Assembly (NCBI GenBank): GCA_031364845.1
Contig: JANLWX010000017.1
Span: 1-18,213 of the forward strand
Origin: Candidatus Eiseniibacteriota bacterium
Lineage (GTDB): Bacteria; Eisenbacteria; RBG-16-71-46
Length of the DNA: 18,213 nucleotides
Reading direction: 5' to 3'
In this document: piece after piece, positions 8,019 through 16,341 of the stretch
Position numbering within the stretch: the first letter of the stretch is position 1
Layout of the letters: every line of letters begins with the position of its first letter
Notes under the pieces: generated by a model
Database searches by the model: none
What the model was told of the DNA's origin: nothing
The model's input: only the letters and a program-made list of their open reading frames with translations
Position numbers and translations under genes: made by a program

Positions 8019-8402
8019 TTGAGCACGCGAATGAACGTCTCATCCGGCTCGCCCTACGAACCGGTTATCGGATTCAGCCGCGCGGTGCGGGTCGGCGACC
8101 GGGTGCACGTCGCGGGCACCGCACCCGTGTGGCCCGACGGTACCTGCAACCCCGACCCCGAAGCTCAGACGCGCCGCTGCCTCGAGATCATCCTCGCCGC
8201 GCTGCGTGAAGCCGGCGCCGGCCCCGAGCACGTGGTGCGCACGCGCATCTACCTCATGTACGCGCACGACTGGGAGGCCGTCGGCCGCGCGCACGGTGAG
8301 GTATTTCGCGACATCCGGCCGGCCTCGACGATGGTGGTGGTCGCCCGCCTGCTCGACCCGCGCTGGCGGGTGGAGATCGAAGCCGAGGCGATGATCGGCT
8401 GA
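8019..8402 (+). CDS. RidA/YjgF/UK114 family protein
   Basis: GAGGAGG (8007-8013) then TTG 8019 (alternative ATG 8031). SSGSPYEPVIGFSRAVRVG, VAGT, VVRTRIY, IRPASTMV, VEIEAEA. Confidence 0.9.
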   Translation: MSTRMNVSSGSPYEPVIGFSRAVRVGDRVHVAGTAPVWPDGTCNPDPEAQTRRCLEIILAALREAGAGPEHVVRTRIYLMYAHDWEAVGRAHGEVFRDIRPASTMVVVARLLDPRWRVEIEAEAMIG

Positions 8403-8406
8403 CCTG

Positions 8407-9243
8407 CTACAGGCCCCGCCGCCGGAACGACACCACCGCCACCGACAGTGCCGCCACAGCGTAAGCCGCCGCCCACACGACCATCGCGAAGCTGGGCACC
8501 GAAGCCGGCGAAAACGGCGTGACCGGCAAGTCCCGCATGAACGACGGTTGCATATGGTGCGCTGCCAGCTGCCACATCGACTCCGACGGAATGATCAGAC
8601 TCGCGACCGTGCCCACGTAGCGCGACGTCTCGTTCCCCGCCATCGTGCCGATCTGTTCCACCCAGCCGCCGATGAACGCGAGCCCGTAGAGCCCGAACAC
8701 GAACACGCCGTTGGTCACCGTGCTCAGGCGCGTGCCGCCCATGATCGACAGCGAGACCAGCACCACGCCTTCGAGCATCATCAGCGGCAGGCCGATCGCC
8801 ACGTTGGGCGGAGTCCCCCCGCCGATGATGCGCGCGATCGTGAGCACGCCGCCCGCCATCAGCAGCAGGTACGCGGCGACGAGCCCGACGTGCGCGATCC
8901 ATTTACCGAGCACGATCTCGGCGCGCCGCACCGGCTTCGAGGCCAGCGTCTGCATCACGCCCGAGCCGATCTCGCCCGACAGTGTGTCGACCGGCAGCAG
9001 CACCGCCGTCATCACGGTGAGAAAGTTGACCGCGTAGAGACCGGCGAGCGTAAAGAACGTGATCAGCATCCGCCGCTCGATCAGCGACGTGTTGTTCTTC
9101 GTGAAATCGCGCACGATGAAGTAGAGCCCGGTCGCATAAAGTGCGAGGAACGCGGCACCGCAGATGAACGCCGCCATCAGAATGCGGCGCCGTGCTGCTT
9201 CGTGCAGCGTGATGCGCGCGATCGTCATGATGCCGCGGGTCAT
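8407..9243 (-). CDS. ABC-2 type transporter permease
   Basis: About six hydrophobic segments. TIARITLHEAARRR and LSGEIGSGVMQTLASKPVRRAEIVLGKW motifs. ATGA overlap with the ATPase stop. Confidence 0.88.
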   Translation of the reverse strand: MTRGIMTIARITLHEAARRRILMAAFICGAAFLALYATGLYFIVRDFTKNNTSLIERRMLITFFTLAGLYAVNFLTVMTAVLLPVDTLSGEIGSGVMQTLASKPVRRAEIVLGKWIAHVGLVAAYLLLMAGGVLTIARIIGGGTPPNVAIGLPLMMLEGVVLVSLSIMGGTRLSTVTNGVFVFGLYGLAFIGGWVEQIGTMAGNETSRYVGTVASLIIPSESMWQLAAHHMQPSFMRDLPVTPFSPASVPSFAMVVWAAAYAVAALSVAVVSFRRRGL

Positions 9244-10157
9244 CCAGGCCTCTGATCTTCGCCCATGACTTCGAGGAACCACTGTTCGAGCGATTTGCGC
9301 GCGGCACTCATGCGATAGAGCCGCGCACCGCGCTGCACCACGAGCCGCGCGAGCTCCGGCAGCACTTCGTCGTGCTCGACCTGCATGCGGACCACGCCGT
9401 TCGCGTGCGCGAAGCCGCTCCCGAGCCGGCTCAACGCCTCGAGCGTTTCGGGTCCGGCATCGCCGAGCGTGAGCTCGACGGCGACCGATTCGGTCTTGCC
9501 CGCGAGTTCGAGCTCGTGGATCGCCACGCCCTGCTTCACGAACACGACGCGATCGCAGGTCGCTTCGACCTCGCCCAGCAGGTGCGAGTTCAGGAACACG
9601 CTCGTCCCATCGGCCCGCAGATCGTGGATGATGTCGCGCACCAGCAATCGGCCGATCGGATCGAGCCCCGATGTCGGCTCGTCCAGGAACACGAGCCGCG
9701 GCCGGTTCATGAGCGCCTGCGCGAGCCCGGCGCGCTGCAGCATGCCCTTGCTGTACTCACGCAACGGACGATGCGCCGCATCGAGCAGATCGACGCGCGC
9801 GAGCAATTCCTCTGCGCGCGCGCGCACGTCTTCGTTCTTCATCCCATAGAGCCGGCCATGGAAGTGGAGCAGCTCGCGGCCGCTCAGCCAGTCGTGAAAC
9901 CGGAAGTGCTCCGGCAGGAATCCGACCTTGGCCCGCGCGCGACGGTCGCCGATCGGAGCGCCGAGCACCGTGCCTTCACCCGCGGTCGGTTCGACCAGCC
10001 CGAGCAGCATCTTGAGCGACGTCGTCTTGCCGGCGCCGTTGGGGCCCAGAAAACCGAAGACCTCTCCCGGTCGCACCGACAGGGAGAGGCCCGCCACCGC
10101 GGTCTTCGTACCGAACTCCTTGCGGAGCCCGTGGGTCTCGATGACGGATTCGGTCAT
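9240..10157 (-). CDS. ABC transporter ATP-binding protein (exporter type)
   Basis: GPNGAGKTT, YSKGMLQR, VFLDEPTSGLDP, NSHLL, C-terminal SLEQWFL. Confidence 0.93.
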   Translation of the reverse strand: MTESVIETHGLRKEFGTKTAVAGLSLSVRPGEVFGFLGPNGAGKTTSLKMLLGLVEPTAGEGTVLGAPIGDRRARAKVGFLPEHFRFHDWLSGRELLHFHGRLYGMKNEDVRARAEELLARVDLLDAAHRPLREYSKGMLQRAGLAQALMNRPRLVFLDEPTSGLDPIGRLLVRDIIHDLRADGTSVFLNSHLLGEVEATCDRVVFVKQGVAIHELELAGKTESVAVELTLGDAGPETLEALSRLGSGFAHANGVVRMQVEHDEVLPELARLVVQRGARLYRMSAARKSLEQWFLEVMGEDQRPG

Positions 10158-10164
10158 TCGCCCG

Positions 10165-11133
10165 CTACCGGACTGCCTCCGCAAGGCGCATCGTCTCCTG
10201 CTCCGAGAGATTGCCGGCCACGGCGAACACGCGATCGCCTTCGGTCCACATCGCGATCGATCCCTCCTGACGCCGCTCGCCTTCCCGCTTGCCCTTGCCC
10301 GACGACGTCACGATCAACCCGGGATTTCCGTGGATCTCCACCCCGCGGAACGAACTCGCATTCTGCGGCACCGGGATCAGCAGCGTCGTGTTCCAATCCA
10401 CCGAATGCGACAGCCGCCGCGCCTGGCTCGCCTCGACGCCGAGAATGCGCATGCCGATCTCCGCGAGCTGCGGCAGGTTCGCACCCGCCGGCAGCGAGAC
10501 TTCGGGACTCTTCGCCTGAATCAGCACCGCGTGCCGATTCTTGCTCGTGAACTTCTGGTACACGACTTGCGGCTTGCGCACGCTGACGACCTTGCCATCG
10601 ATCGCCTGCGGCACGTCGAGATCCCGAATCTCCAGCACTTCGAGCAGCGCGCGCAAACGCGTTGCGTCGGCCGTGAATCGCACCGCGCCCTCGCCTTCGA
10701 CCCACACCTTCTCCAGTTCGAGCCCCCTCGGCAGTTCCGACGGCGTGCGCACGTCGATACCCGCGAGCCTTCCCGCGGCTTCAGCCGTGGCGACGGTCTT
10801 GGGTTCGCCGGGCTCCTGCAGCACCTCCGGAGCGCCGAGCATCATCATCGGGTTTCCCACCTCCGACTTTTCCAACTGCTCCATGCGGGTCGGATCGAAC
10901 TCGACCGCGGCGAACTTCCGCACCCGGAACATGTCGAGCATGGCCTGCGCCGAAACGCGGACCGAGGGGAACAGGAACAGCGACGCGATCACCGCGGCCG
11001 CGACTGCGGCACCGAAGGCGGGCCGCCACCGCAGCACGCTCGCGCGCTCGTGTCGTCGCAGGCGCTCGCGGAGCCGGCCGGCGAACTGCGGGTCCGGCTC
11101 GCGGCGAAACTCGTGAAGCTGACGTTCGTCCAT
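10165..11133 (-). CDS. Membrane-anchored putative anti-sigma factor with large extracytoplasmic domain
   Basis: AAAGGAG SD before ATG 11133. EPDPQFAGRLRERL, one TM (AAVAAAVIASLFLFPSV), C-terminal VEIHGNPG..MWTEGDRVFAVAGNLSEQETMRLAEAV (DUF4367-like from recall). Directly downstream of the ECF sigma gene. Confidence 0.7.
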   Translation of the reverse strand: MDERQLHEFRREPDPQFAGRLRERLRRHERASVLRWRPAFGAAVAAAVIASLFLFPSVRVSAQAMLDMFRVRKFAAVEFDPTRMEQLEKSEVGNPMMMLGAPEVLQEPGEPKTVATAEAAGRLAGIDVRTPSELPRGLELEKVWVEGEGAVRFTADATRLRALLEVLEIRDLDVPQAIDGKVVSVRKPQVVYQKFTSKNRHAVLIQAKSPEVSLPAGANLPQLAEIGMRILGVEASQARRLSHSVDWNTTLLIPVPQNASSFRGVEIHGNPGLIVTSSGKGKREGERRQEGSIAMWTEGDRVFAVAGNLSEQETMRLAEAVR

Positions 11134-11207
11134 CGTGAAGCTCCTTTCGTCACGGGCGCCCAGGCGCCCGAGTGCATCTTTCATCAACTGCGCGTCCGCG
11201 ACACGGC

Positions 11208-11741
11208 TCACCAGTCCGCGCGCAATCCCTGGATCGTGCGGTGCAGGATCGTTCCGACGTTCGATTCGGAGAGCTGGGTGAGCCGCGCGATCGCGCGATT
11301 CGTCATGCCCGCTCCGTACTTGAACGCGACCAGTTCGCGCTCGCGTTCCGGCAACTCACCGAGCAACCGCTCCAGCCGCTCGATGTCGGACTTCCGCTCG
11401 GCCAGCTCCTCGGGCGTCTCGCCCCCGGACACGGCATGCGCGGCCTCGAGCGGTTCGTGGTGACGGTGCCTGCGGTAATGATCCACCGCCACGTTGCGCG
11501 CGATGGTCAGGAGCCAGGTCGAAAACGCCCCCAGGTCACGGCGGTATCGACTTCGCGCCTGCCACGCCTTTTCGAACGTGATCGAGGTCAGATCCTCGGC
11601 CACCGCGTCATTGCCGAACCGGTACCGGAAGAAGTTGTAGACGCGGGGCAGCTGTTCCGCGTACAAGGCATCCCAGTCCGCCTCGGTCGCCGCGAAGACG
11701 AAGGTCGCCAGCCGTTGGAATCCCAAACTCTCGCTCGTCAT
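11208..11741 (-). CDS. ECF-family RNA polymerase sigma factor
   Basis: Region 2: LYAEQLPRVYNFFRYR..AEDLTSITFEKAW..FSTWLLTIARNVAVDHYRR. Region 4: LPERERELVAFKYGAGMTNRAIARLTQLSESNVGTILHR. Start is 11741 or 11750. Confidence 0.93.
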   Translation of the reverse strand: MTSESLGFQRLATFVFAATEADWDALYAEQLPRVYNFFRYRFGNDAVAEDLTSITFEKAWQARSRYRRDLGAFSTWLLTIARNVAVDHYRRHRHHEPLEAAHAVSGGETPEELAERKSDIERLERLLGELPERERELVAFKYGAGMTNRAIARLTQLSESNVGTILHRTIQGLRADW

Positions 11742-11810
11742 GACGAACATTGTACGGGCGCCGGATCGGGGTATCACAGCACCGGAAACGGACGCCCGCC
11801 TTTAGCCTCG

Positions 11811-11839
11811 TTGAGTCCCCCTCGATCCCACCCTATACT
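11811..11839 (+). promoter_or_regulatory. Putative sigma70 promoter upstream of metG
   Basis: TTGAGT (11811-11816), 17 nt spacer, TATACT (11834-11839), divergent from the ECF sigma gene. Confidence 0.65.
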
Positions 11840-12013
11840 TCCGGCCCCATGGACACTGGCCCGGCCGCGCCCCCCTCGCTCACCACGCCGCAAGACGTGG
11901 CCGTCTTCACCCGAAGCGCGGGCGTTTCCGACGTACCGCCGCAAAGCCAGGACCCGTAGAGACACCTGCCCGCGATCGCGAACCCCGACCCCCATCCAGA
12001 TCCCGAGACCCAC

Positions 12014-13744
12014 GTGCCCACCCGCTTCTACATCACGACCGCGATCGACTACGTCAACGGAAAGCCGCACATCGGCCATGCCTACGAGAAGGTGCTGGCC
12101 GATTCGATCGCGCGCTTTCACCGCCAGAAGGGCGATGCGACCTTCTTCCTGACCGGCACCGACGAGCATGGCCAGAAAATCGCCCAGGCCGCCGCCGCGG
12201 TGAAGCAGGATCCGCAGGCGTTCGTCGATGCGATGGCCTCGCACTTCACGGCCACGTGGAAGGCGCTCGCGATCTCGCACGACAAGTTCATCCGCACGTC
12301 GGATCACCGCCACGCACTCGCGGTCCAGGAGCTGTTCCGCCGTCTGTGGGACGCGCGCAGCCCCAAGACCGGCGAGCCGGTGCTGTTCGAGGACGTCTAC
12401 GAGGGTCAATACTGCGAAGGCTGCGAAGCGTTCAAGCAGGAGAAGGACCTCGACGATCAGGGCCGATGTCCGATTCACAACACGGTGCCGAAGAAGATCC
12501 GCGAGTCGAACTTCTTCTTCCGGCTCTCGGAGTACGACGAGGCGCTGCTCAAGCATCTCGAAGCGCATCCCGAGTTCATCCAGCCCGACTACCGCCGCAA
12601 CGAAGTGATGAACGTGATCCGCGAGGGACTTCAGGATGTGAGCGTCACGCGGCCCAACGTTCCGTGGGGCGTGCCGCTGCCCGACGAGATCCCCGACAGC
12701 GACGGGCACACGGTCTATGTATGGGCCGACGCGCTGCTCAACTATCTCTCGGCGATCGGCTGGCCCGAGCGCAAGTATTCGCTGTGGTGGCTCGCCAAGG
12801 AAGCGGAAGTCGGCGGGCCGGGTGCGGCGCGTCAGGACGAGTTCCAGCATCTGGACGGGCAGGGCCGCCCGGGCGCTGCGTGGGCCGGAACCAACCAGCC
12901 GCAGTCGACCAACGCGCTGCACCTGATCGGCAAGGACATCAGCCGCTTCCACTGCGTGCTGTGGCCGGCGCTGCTGCTCGCCGCCGGCGTGCCGCTGCCG
13001 CGGCAGGTGTACGTGCACGGCTTCATCACGATGAAGGGCGTGAAGCTCTCGAAGTCGCTCGGCAACGTGATCGATCCCGTCGAGCTTTCGAACCTGAGCG
13101 GGGTCGATGCGCTGCGGTTCTATCTCGTGCACTCGATTCCGACCGGGCGCGACGGCGAGTTCACGTACGAACAGTTCGTCGAGCACTGCAACACATTCCT
13201 CGCGAACGACCTCGGCAACCTCGCGAGCCGCACGCTCGCGATGGTCCACAAGTTCTTCGAGGGCCGGGTGCCCGCCGAATGGGATCCGAAGTCGCTGCGC
13301 GACGACGAGGCGCGCGCGGCACTCGAGGCGCTGGTGCTCGCGGCCACCGAAGCCGCGGCCGAAGTGCCGAAGGCGTTCGCCGAACTGCGCCTGCACGAGG
13401 CACTCGATGCCGCATGGAAACCGGTGGTCCGCGCGAACGAGCTGATCGAGCGCGTGAAGCCATGGGTGGTGGCGAAGGATCCGGAACGCCGCGCCGAACT
13501 CGCGACCACGATGAACGCGCTGCTCGAAACGCTGCGGCTGCTGGCCGCGTGGTCGTGGCCGGTCATGCCCGGCAAGAGCGAACAGCTGTGGACGATGCTG
13601 GCGTTGCCGGGCAAGGCAGCGGAAGTGCGCGGCGAGCATGCCGCACCCCGCTTCGGCGATCCCGCGTTCGCGGACCGCGCGCTCGGCGAGCCGGCGATCC
13701 TGTTCCCGCGGTTGGAGCTGAAGGCGGACACCGCGGCCGGGTGA
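12014..13744 (+). CDS. metG: Methionine--tRNA ligase, short form without C-terminal tRNA-binding domain
   Basis: FYITTAIDYVNGKPHIGHAY (HIGH), LTGTDEHGQKI, CEGC..CPIH knuckle, YVWADALLNY, HLIGKDI, KLSKSLGN (KMSKS), LANDLGNLASR, ILFPRL. Confidence 0.96.
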   Translation: MPTRFYITTAIDYVNGKPHIGHAYEKVLADSIARFHRQKGDATFFLTGTDEHGQKIAQAAAAVKQDPQAFVDAMASHFTATWKALAISHDKFIRTSDHRHALAVQELFRRLWDARSPKTGEPVLFEDVYEGQYCEGCEAFKQEKDLDDQGRCPIHNTVPKKIRESNFFFRLSEYDEALLKHLEAHPEFIQPDYRRNEVMNVIREGLQDVSVTRPNVPWGVPLPDEIPDSDGHTVYVWADALLNYLSAIGWPERKYSLWWLAKEAEVGGPGAARQDEFQHLDGQGRPGAAWAGTNQPQSTNALHLIGKDISRFHCVLWPALLLAAGVPLPRQVYVHGFITMKGVKLSKSLGNVIDPVELSNLSGVDALRFYLVHSIPTGRDGEFTYEQFVEHCNTFLANDLGNLASRTLAMVHKFFEGRVPAEWDPKSLRDDEARAALEALVLAATEAAAEVPKAFAELRLHEALDAAWKPVVRANELIERVKPWVVAKDPERRAELATTMNALLETLRLLAAWSWPVMPGKSEQLWTMLALPGKAAEVRGEHAAPRFGDPAFADRALGEPAILFPRLELKADTAAG

Positions 13745-13783
13745 GAGGGCGCGGCGAAGGCCGCGGCCGGGTGCGGCCAACCG

Positions 13784-14218
13784 CTAGCGCTCGATGCCGC
13801 ACGCCTCGAGGAACACATCCAGCGACTCGCGTTCGCCGGCGATCTCGCGGTGCACGATGCGAGCGATTGTGCCGTCCACACCGACGGTTAAGTCCTGGTG
13901 GCAGCGGTGCCGGTGGAACTTGCCTCCGGCCTTCACCAGATAGTCGGTGTACCGCACGGTCGCGGTCGCACCTTCGACGTTCTCGATCTCGCTCTCGTAG
14001 CGGACATCGTCGAACTTCGCGTGCGCCCACGCGGTAGCATCGGCGTAGGACGCGAGGATCGCCGCGCGCCCTGTCAGCACTTCGCGGCCGGTGTCGTACA
14101 CGCACTCGTCCGCGATGAGAGGGCCGGCGGCGATGAAGTCGTCGCCGTCGAGTGCGGTCGCCAACGCCGTGACGACCGCGATCACGGTTTGCGGGTCGGG
14201 AGCGGCTTCGTCGATCAT
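13784..14218 (-). CDS. SnoaL-like / NTF2-fold protein
   Basis: ALDGDDF..LIADECVY..LTGRAAILASY..VDGTIARIVH pattern typical of SnoaL-like domains. Start is uncertain. Confidence 0.7.
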   Translation of the reverse strand: MIDEAAPDPQTVIAVVTALATALDGDDFIAAGPLIADECVYDTGREVLTGRAAILASYADATAWAHAKFDDVRYESEIENVEGATATVRYTDYLVKAGGKFHRHRCHQDLTVGVDGTIARIVHREIAGERESLDVFLEACGIER

Positions 14219-14283
14219 GGCGGCGATTGGTAGCACGTTTGCCCGCCCGCCACATATGCCCCGAGCCACCGAGCCACTTCATC

Positions 14284-15054
14284 ATGATCGACACTCACTG
14301 CCATCTGTGCGACAAGCGCTTCGACAAGGATCGCGAGAACGTCTACCGGCGCGCGTTCGAGGCAGGGGTCACGCACTTCGTGGAGATCGCCTACACGCCG
14401 GCGCTGGTGGCGAAGGCTCATGACTTCGCGCGCATCCATCCCAACGTGTTCCTGTGCGTGGGAGTGCATCCGAGCGAATCGGGCAAGGTCGGCGACGAAT
14501 ATGCGGAGGCGCTGCGCGATCACGCGGGACATGCGCGGGTGGTCGCGATCGGTGAGACCGGGCTCGACTTCTTTCGCGACTACGCGCCGCGCGCCGATCA
14601 GGAGAAGTGGTTTCGCGCGCAACTCGCGATCGCCGACGACAAGGGGCTGCCGGTCGTGATCCACCAGCGTGCGGCCCTCGAGGACACGCTCGCGATTCTC
14701 GAAGAGACGCGGCCCGCCGCGGGCGGCGTGCTGCACTGCTTCGACGACGGTCCCGCCGCGGTCGAGCGCGCGGCCGCACTCGGATTCAAGCTCGGCCTCG
14801 GGGGCTGCCTCACCTACGGCCACGCGGCGCTCGAGGACGCGGCCCGCATGGCGCCGGCGGACATGCTCATGCTCGAGACCGACGCACCCTACCTGGAACC
14901 CGAGCCGCGTTCGTTGCGGCGCAACGAGCCCGCGCTGCTGCGGCGCGTGCTCGCGAAACTGTGCGCGCTGCGCGGCTGGACGCCCGAAGAGGCGGAGCGG
15001 ATCACCACGGCGAATGCGCGCGAGTTGTTCCGGCTGCCGATTCTGACCCCCTGA
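14284..15054 (+). CDS. tatD: TatD family hydrolase/DNase
   Basis: MIDTHCHL, GVHP, VAIGETGLDF, PVVIH, GVLHCF, LETDAPYL, RNEP, TTANARELF. Confidence 0.94.
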   Translation: MIDTHCHLCDKRFDKDRENVYRRAFEAGVTHFVEIAYTPALVAKAHDFARIHPNVFLCVGVHPSESGKVGDEYAEALRDHAGHARVVAIGETGLDFFRDYAPRADQEKWFRAQLAIADDKGLPVVIHQRAALEDTLAILEETRPAAGGVLHCFDDGPAAVERAAALGFKLGLGGCLTYGHAALEDAARMAPADMLMLETDAPYLEPEPRSLRRNEPALLRRVLAKLCALRGWTPEEAERITTANARELFRLPILTP

Positions 15055-15193
15055 GACCGGCCGCACCGGCCGCGCGGAGCCGCAGCGGCGGGCATTCTGC
15101 AATGCGCGGCACAGGGCACGAATGAGCCGCAGGCGCGCCCGGCCCGCCCCGCCGGTGCTCAAGCACCGATCTGAGCGGGCCGACAACTCAGGC

Positions 15194-16255
15194 ATGTCCA
15201 CCGACCATCCGCTCGAATACACCGTCATCGCCTCCATCGTGTTCCTGGCGGTGGTGCTCACGACGATCGCGATGGCACGCGTGGTCGAGCGACGCAACCG
15301 CCGACTCATCCGGCAACGCCTCCAGACGCTCTACGCCTCATGGCGCGACCACGCGCGCAACGGCGGTGGCGCACGGCTCGTACGGCGTCAGGCGCGCGCG
15401 GCGGACGAAACGCTGTTCTGGACCGCGCTCGAGACGCTGACGCTGGCGCTCAGCCGCAGCGGGTGGCGCCGGCTGTCGGACGATCTCGGAAGTTCACGAC
15501 ACGTTGCCGTCGAGCGCCGCGCGTTGCGCGACGGCTCACCGTGGCGCCGCGAACTCGCCGCGCGACGACTCTCACTGCTGAACACGCGCGCCACACGCCG
15601 TTCGCTGCGCGCCGCCCTTCAGGCGGGACCGGAGGCGGTCGCCTATCTCGCGGCACTCGGACTCGCCCGCCAGCGCGACGGCTGGGCGCTGCGCTGGGTG
15701 CTCGATCATCCGTTCTACTTCGCCACCCGTCCGGCGCGTGCGCGCTCCGGATTGTTGCGCGCGTTCGGCAACGGCGCGGTTCCAATGATCGCCGAGCGGC
15801 TCGCCGCGGGCGCCGGTGATCCCGCGTTCGAGTGCGCGATGATCCACCGGCTCGGTTCCGCGCGTCACGTCGCGTCGGCCGCAGCGATCGCACAACGCCT
15901 CACGAATCCGGATCTCAACGTGCGCGCCGCGGCGGCGCGGGCGCTCGGTACCCTGGGCGACACGAACTTCACCGCCGTCCTGATCGGCGCCCTGCGTGAT
16001 CCGGCGTGGGAAGTGCGCGCCCAGGCGGCGCGCGCGCTCGGCCTGATCGGCAGCGCGGAAGCCGTTCCCGCGTTGGCTTCGGTCCTCACCGACCGCTCAT
16101 GGTGGGTGCGCCGTCATTCCGCGTACGCCCTCGCGAAACTCGGCGAGGATGGCAACGCGGCGCTGCGTGGGGAAGCACTCGTATCGCGCGATCCCTATGC
16201 GCGCGACATGGCCAAGGAAGCGCTCGAATCGCCCGCCGCCCATCGCGTGGCCTGA
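15194..16255 (+). CDS. Membrane-anchored HEAT/PBS-lyase-like repeat protein
   Basis: N-terminal TM (VIASIVFLAVVLTTIAMA). Repeats DLNVRAAAARALGTLG, WEVRAQAARALGLIG, WWVRRHSAYALAKLG, DPYARDMAKEAL. Alternative start 15122. Confidence 0.82.
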   Translation: MSTDHPLEYTVIASIVFLAVVLTTIAMARVVERRNRRLIRQRLQTLYASWRDHARNGGGARLVRRQARAADETLFWTALETLTLALSRSGWRRLSDDLGSSRHVAVERRALRDGSPWRRELAARRLSLLNTRATRRSLRAALQAGPEAVAYLAALGLARQRDGWALRWVLDHPFYFATRPARARSGLLRAFGNGAVPMIAERLAAGAGDPAFECAMIHRLGSARHVASAAAIAQRLTNPDLNVRAAAARALGTLGDTNFTAVLIGALRDPAWEVRAQAARALGLIGSAEAVPALASVLTDRSWWVRRHSAYALAKLGEDGNAALRGEALVSRDPYARDMAKEALESPAAHRVA

Positions 16256-16341
16256 GCCCGGGGCTCGATGCGCGACCGGGAGCTGCCCGCTCCCGGCCGG
16301 CCGGCTTCGTGTCCACGTTCGGACTTGCGTACACTCCAGGC

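Noticed and set aside
9928..11463. 511-aa + strand ORF and other long Arg/Ala/Pro-rich alternative-frame ORFs (e.g. 12256-14037, 3920-4969)
   Set aside because: They are GC-driven shadows overlapping well-supported genes.
11935..11970. CGCAAAGCC resembling part of a c-di-GMP-I riboswitch
   Set aside because: The upstream GGCAAA..GAAA stem and the rest of the consensus are not evident.
11774..13780. 668-aa antisense ORF covering metG (tempting as a sense/antisense synthetase pair)
   Set aside because: It is in exact codon register with metG, the frame where high-GC genes routinely lack antisense stops. It has no recognisable motifs, and the same shadow occurs on envC, ftsX and rsmA.
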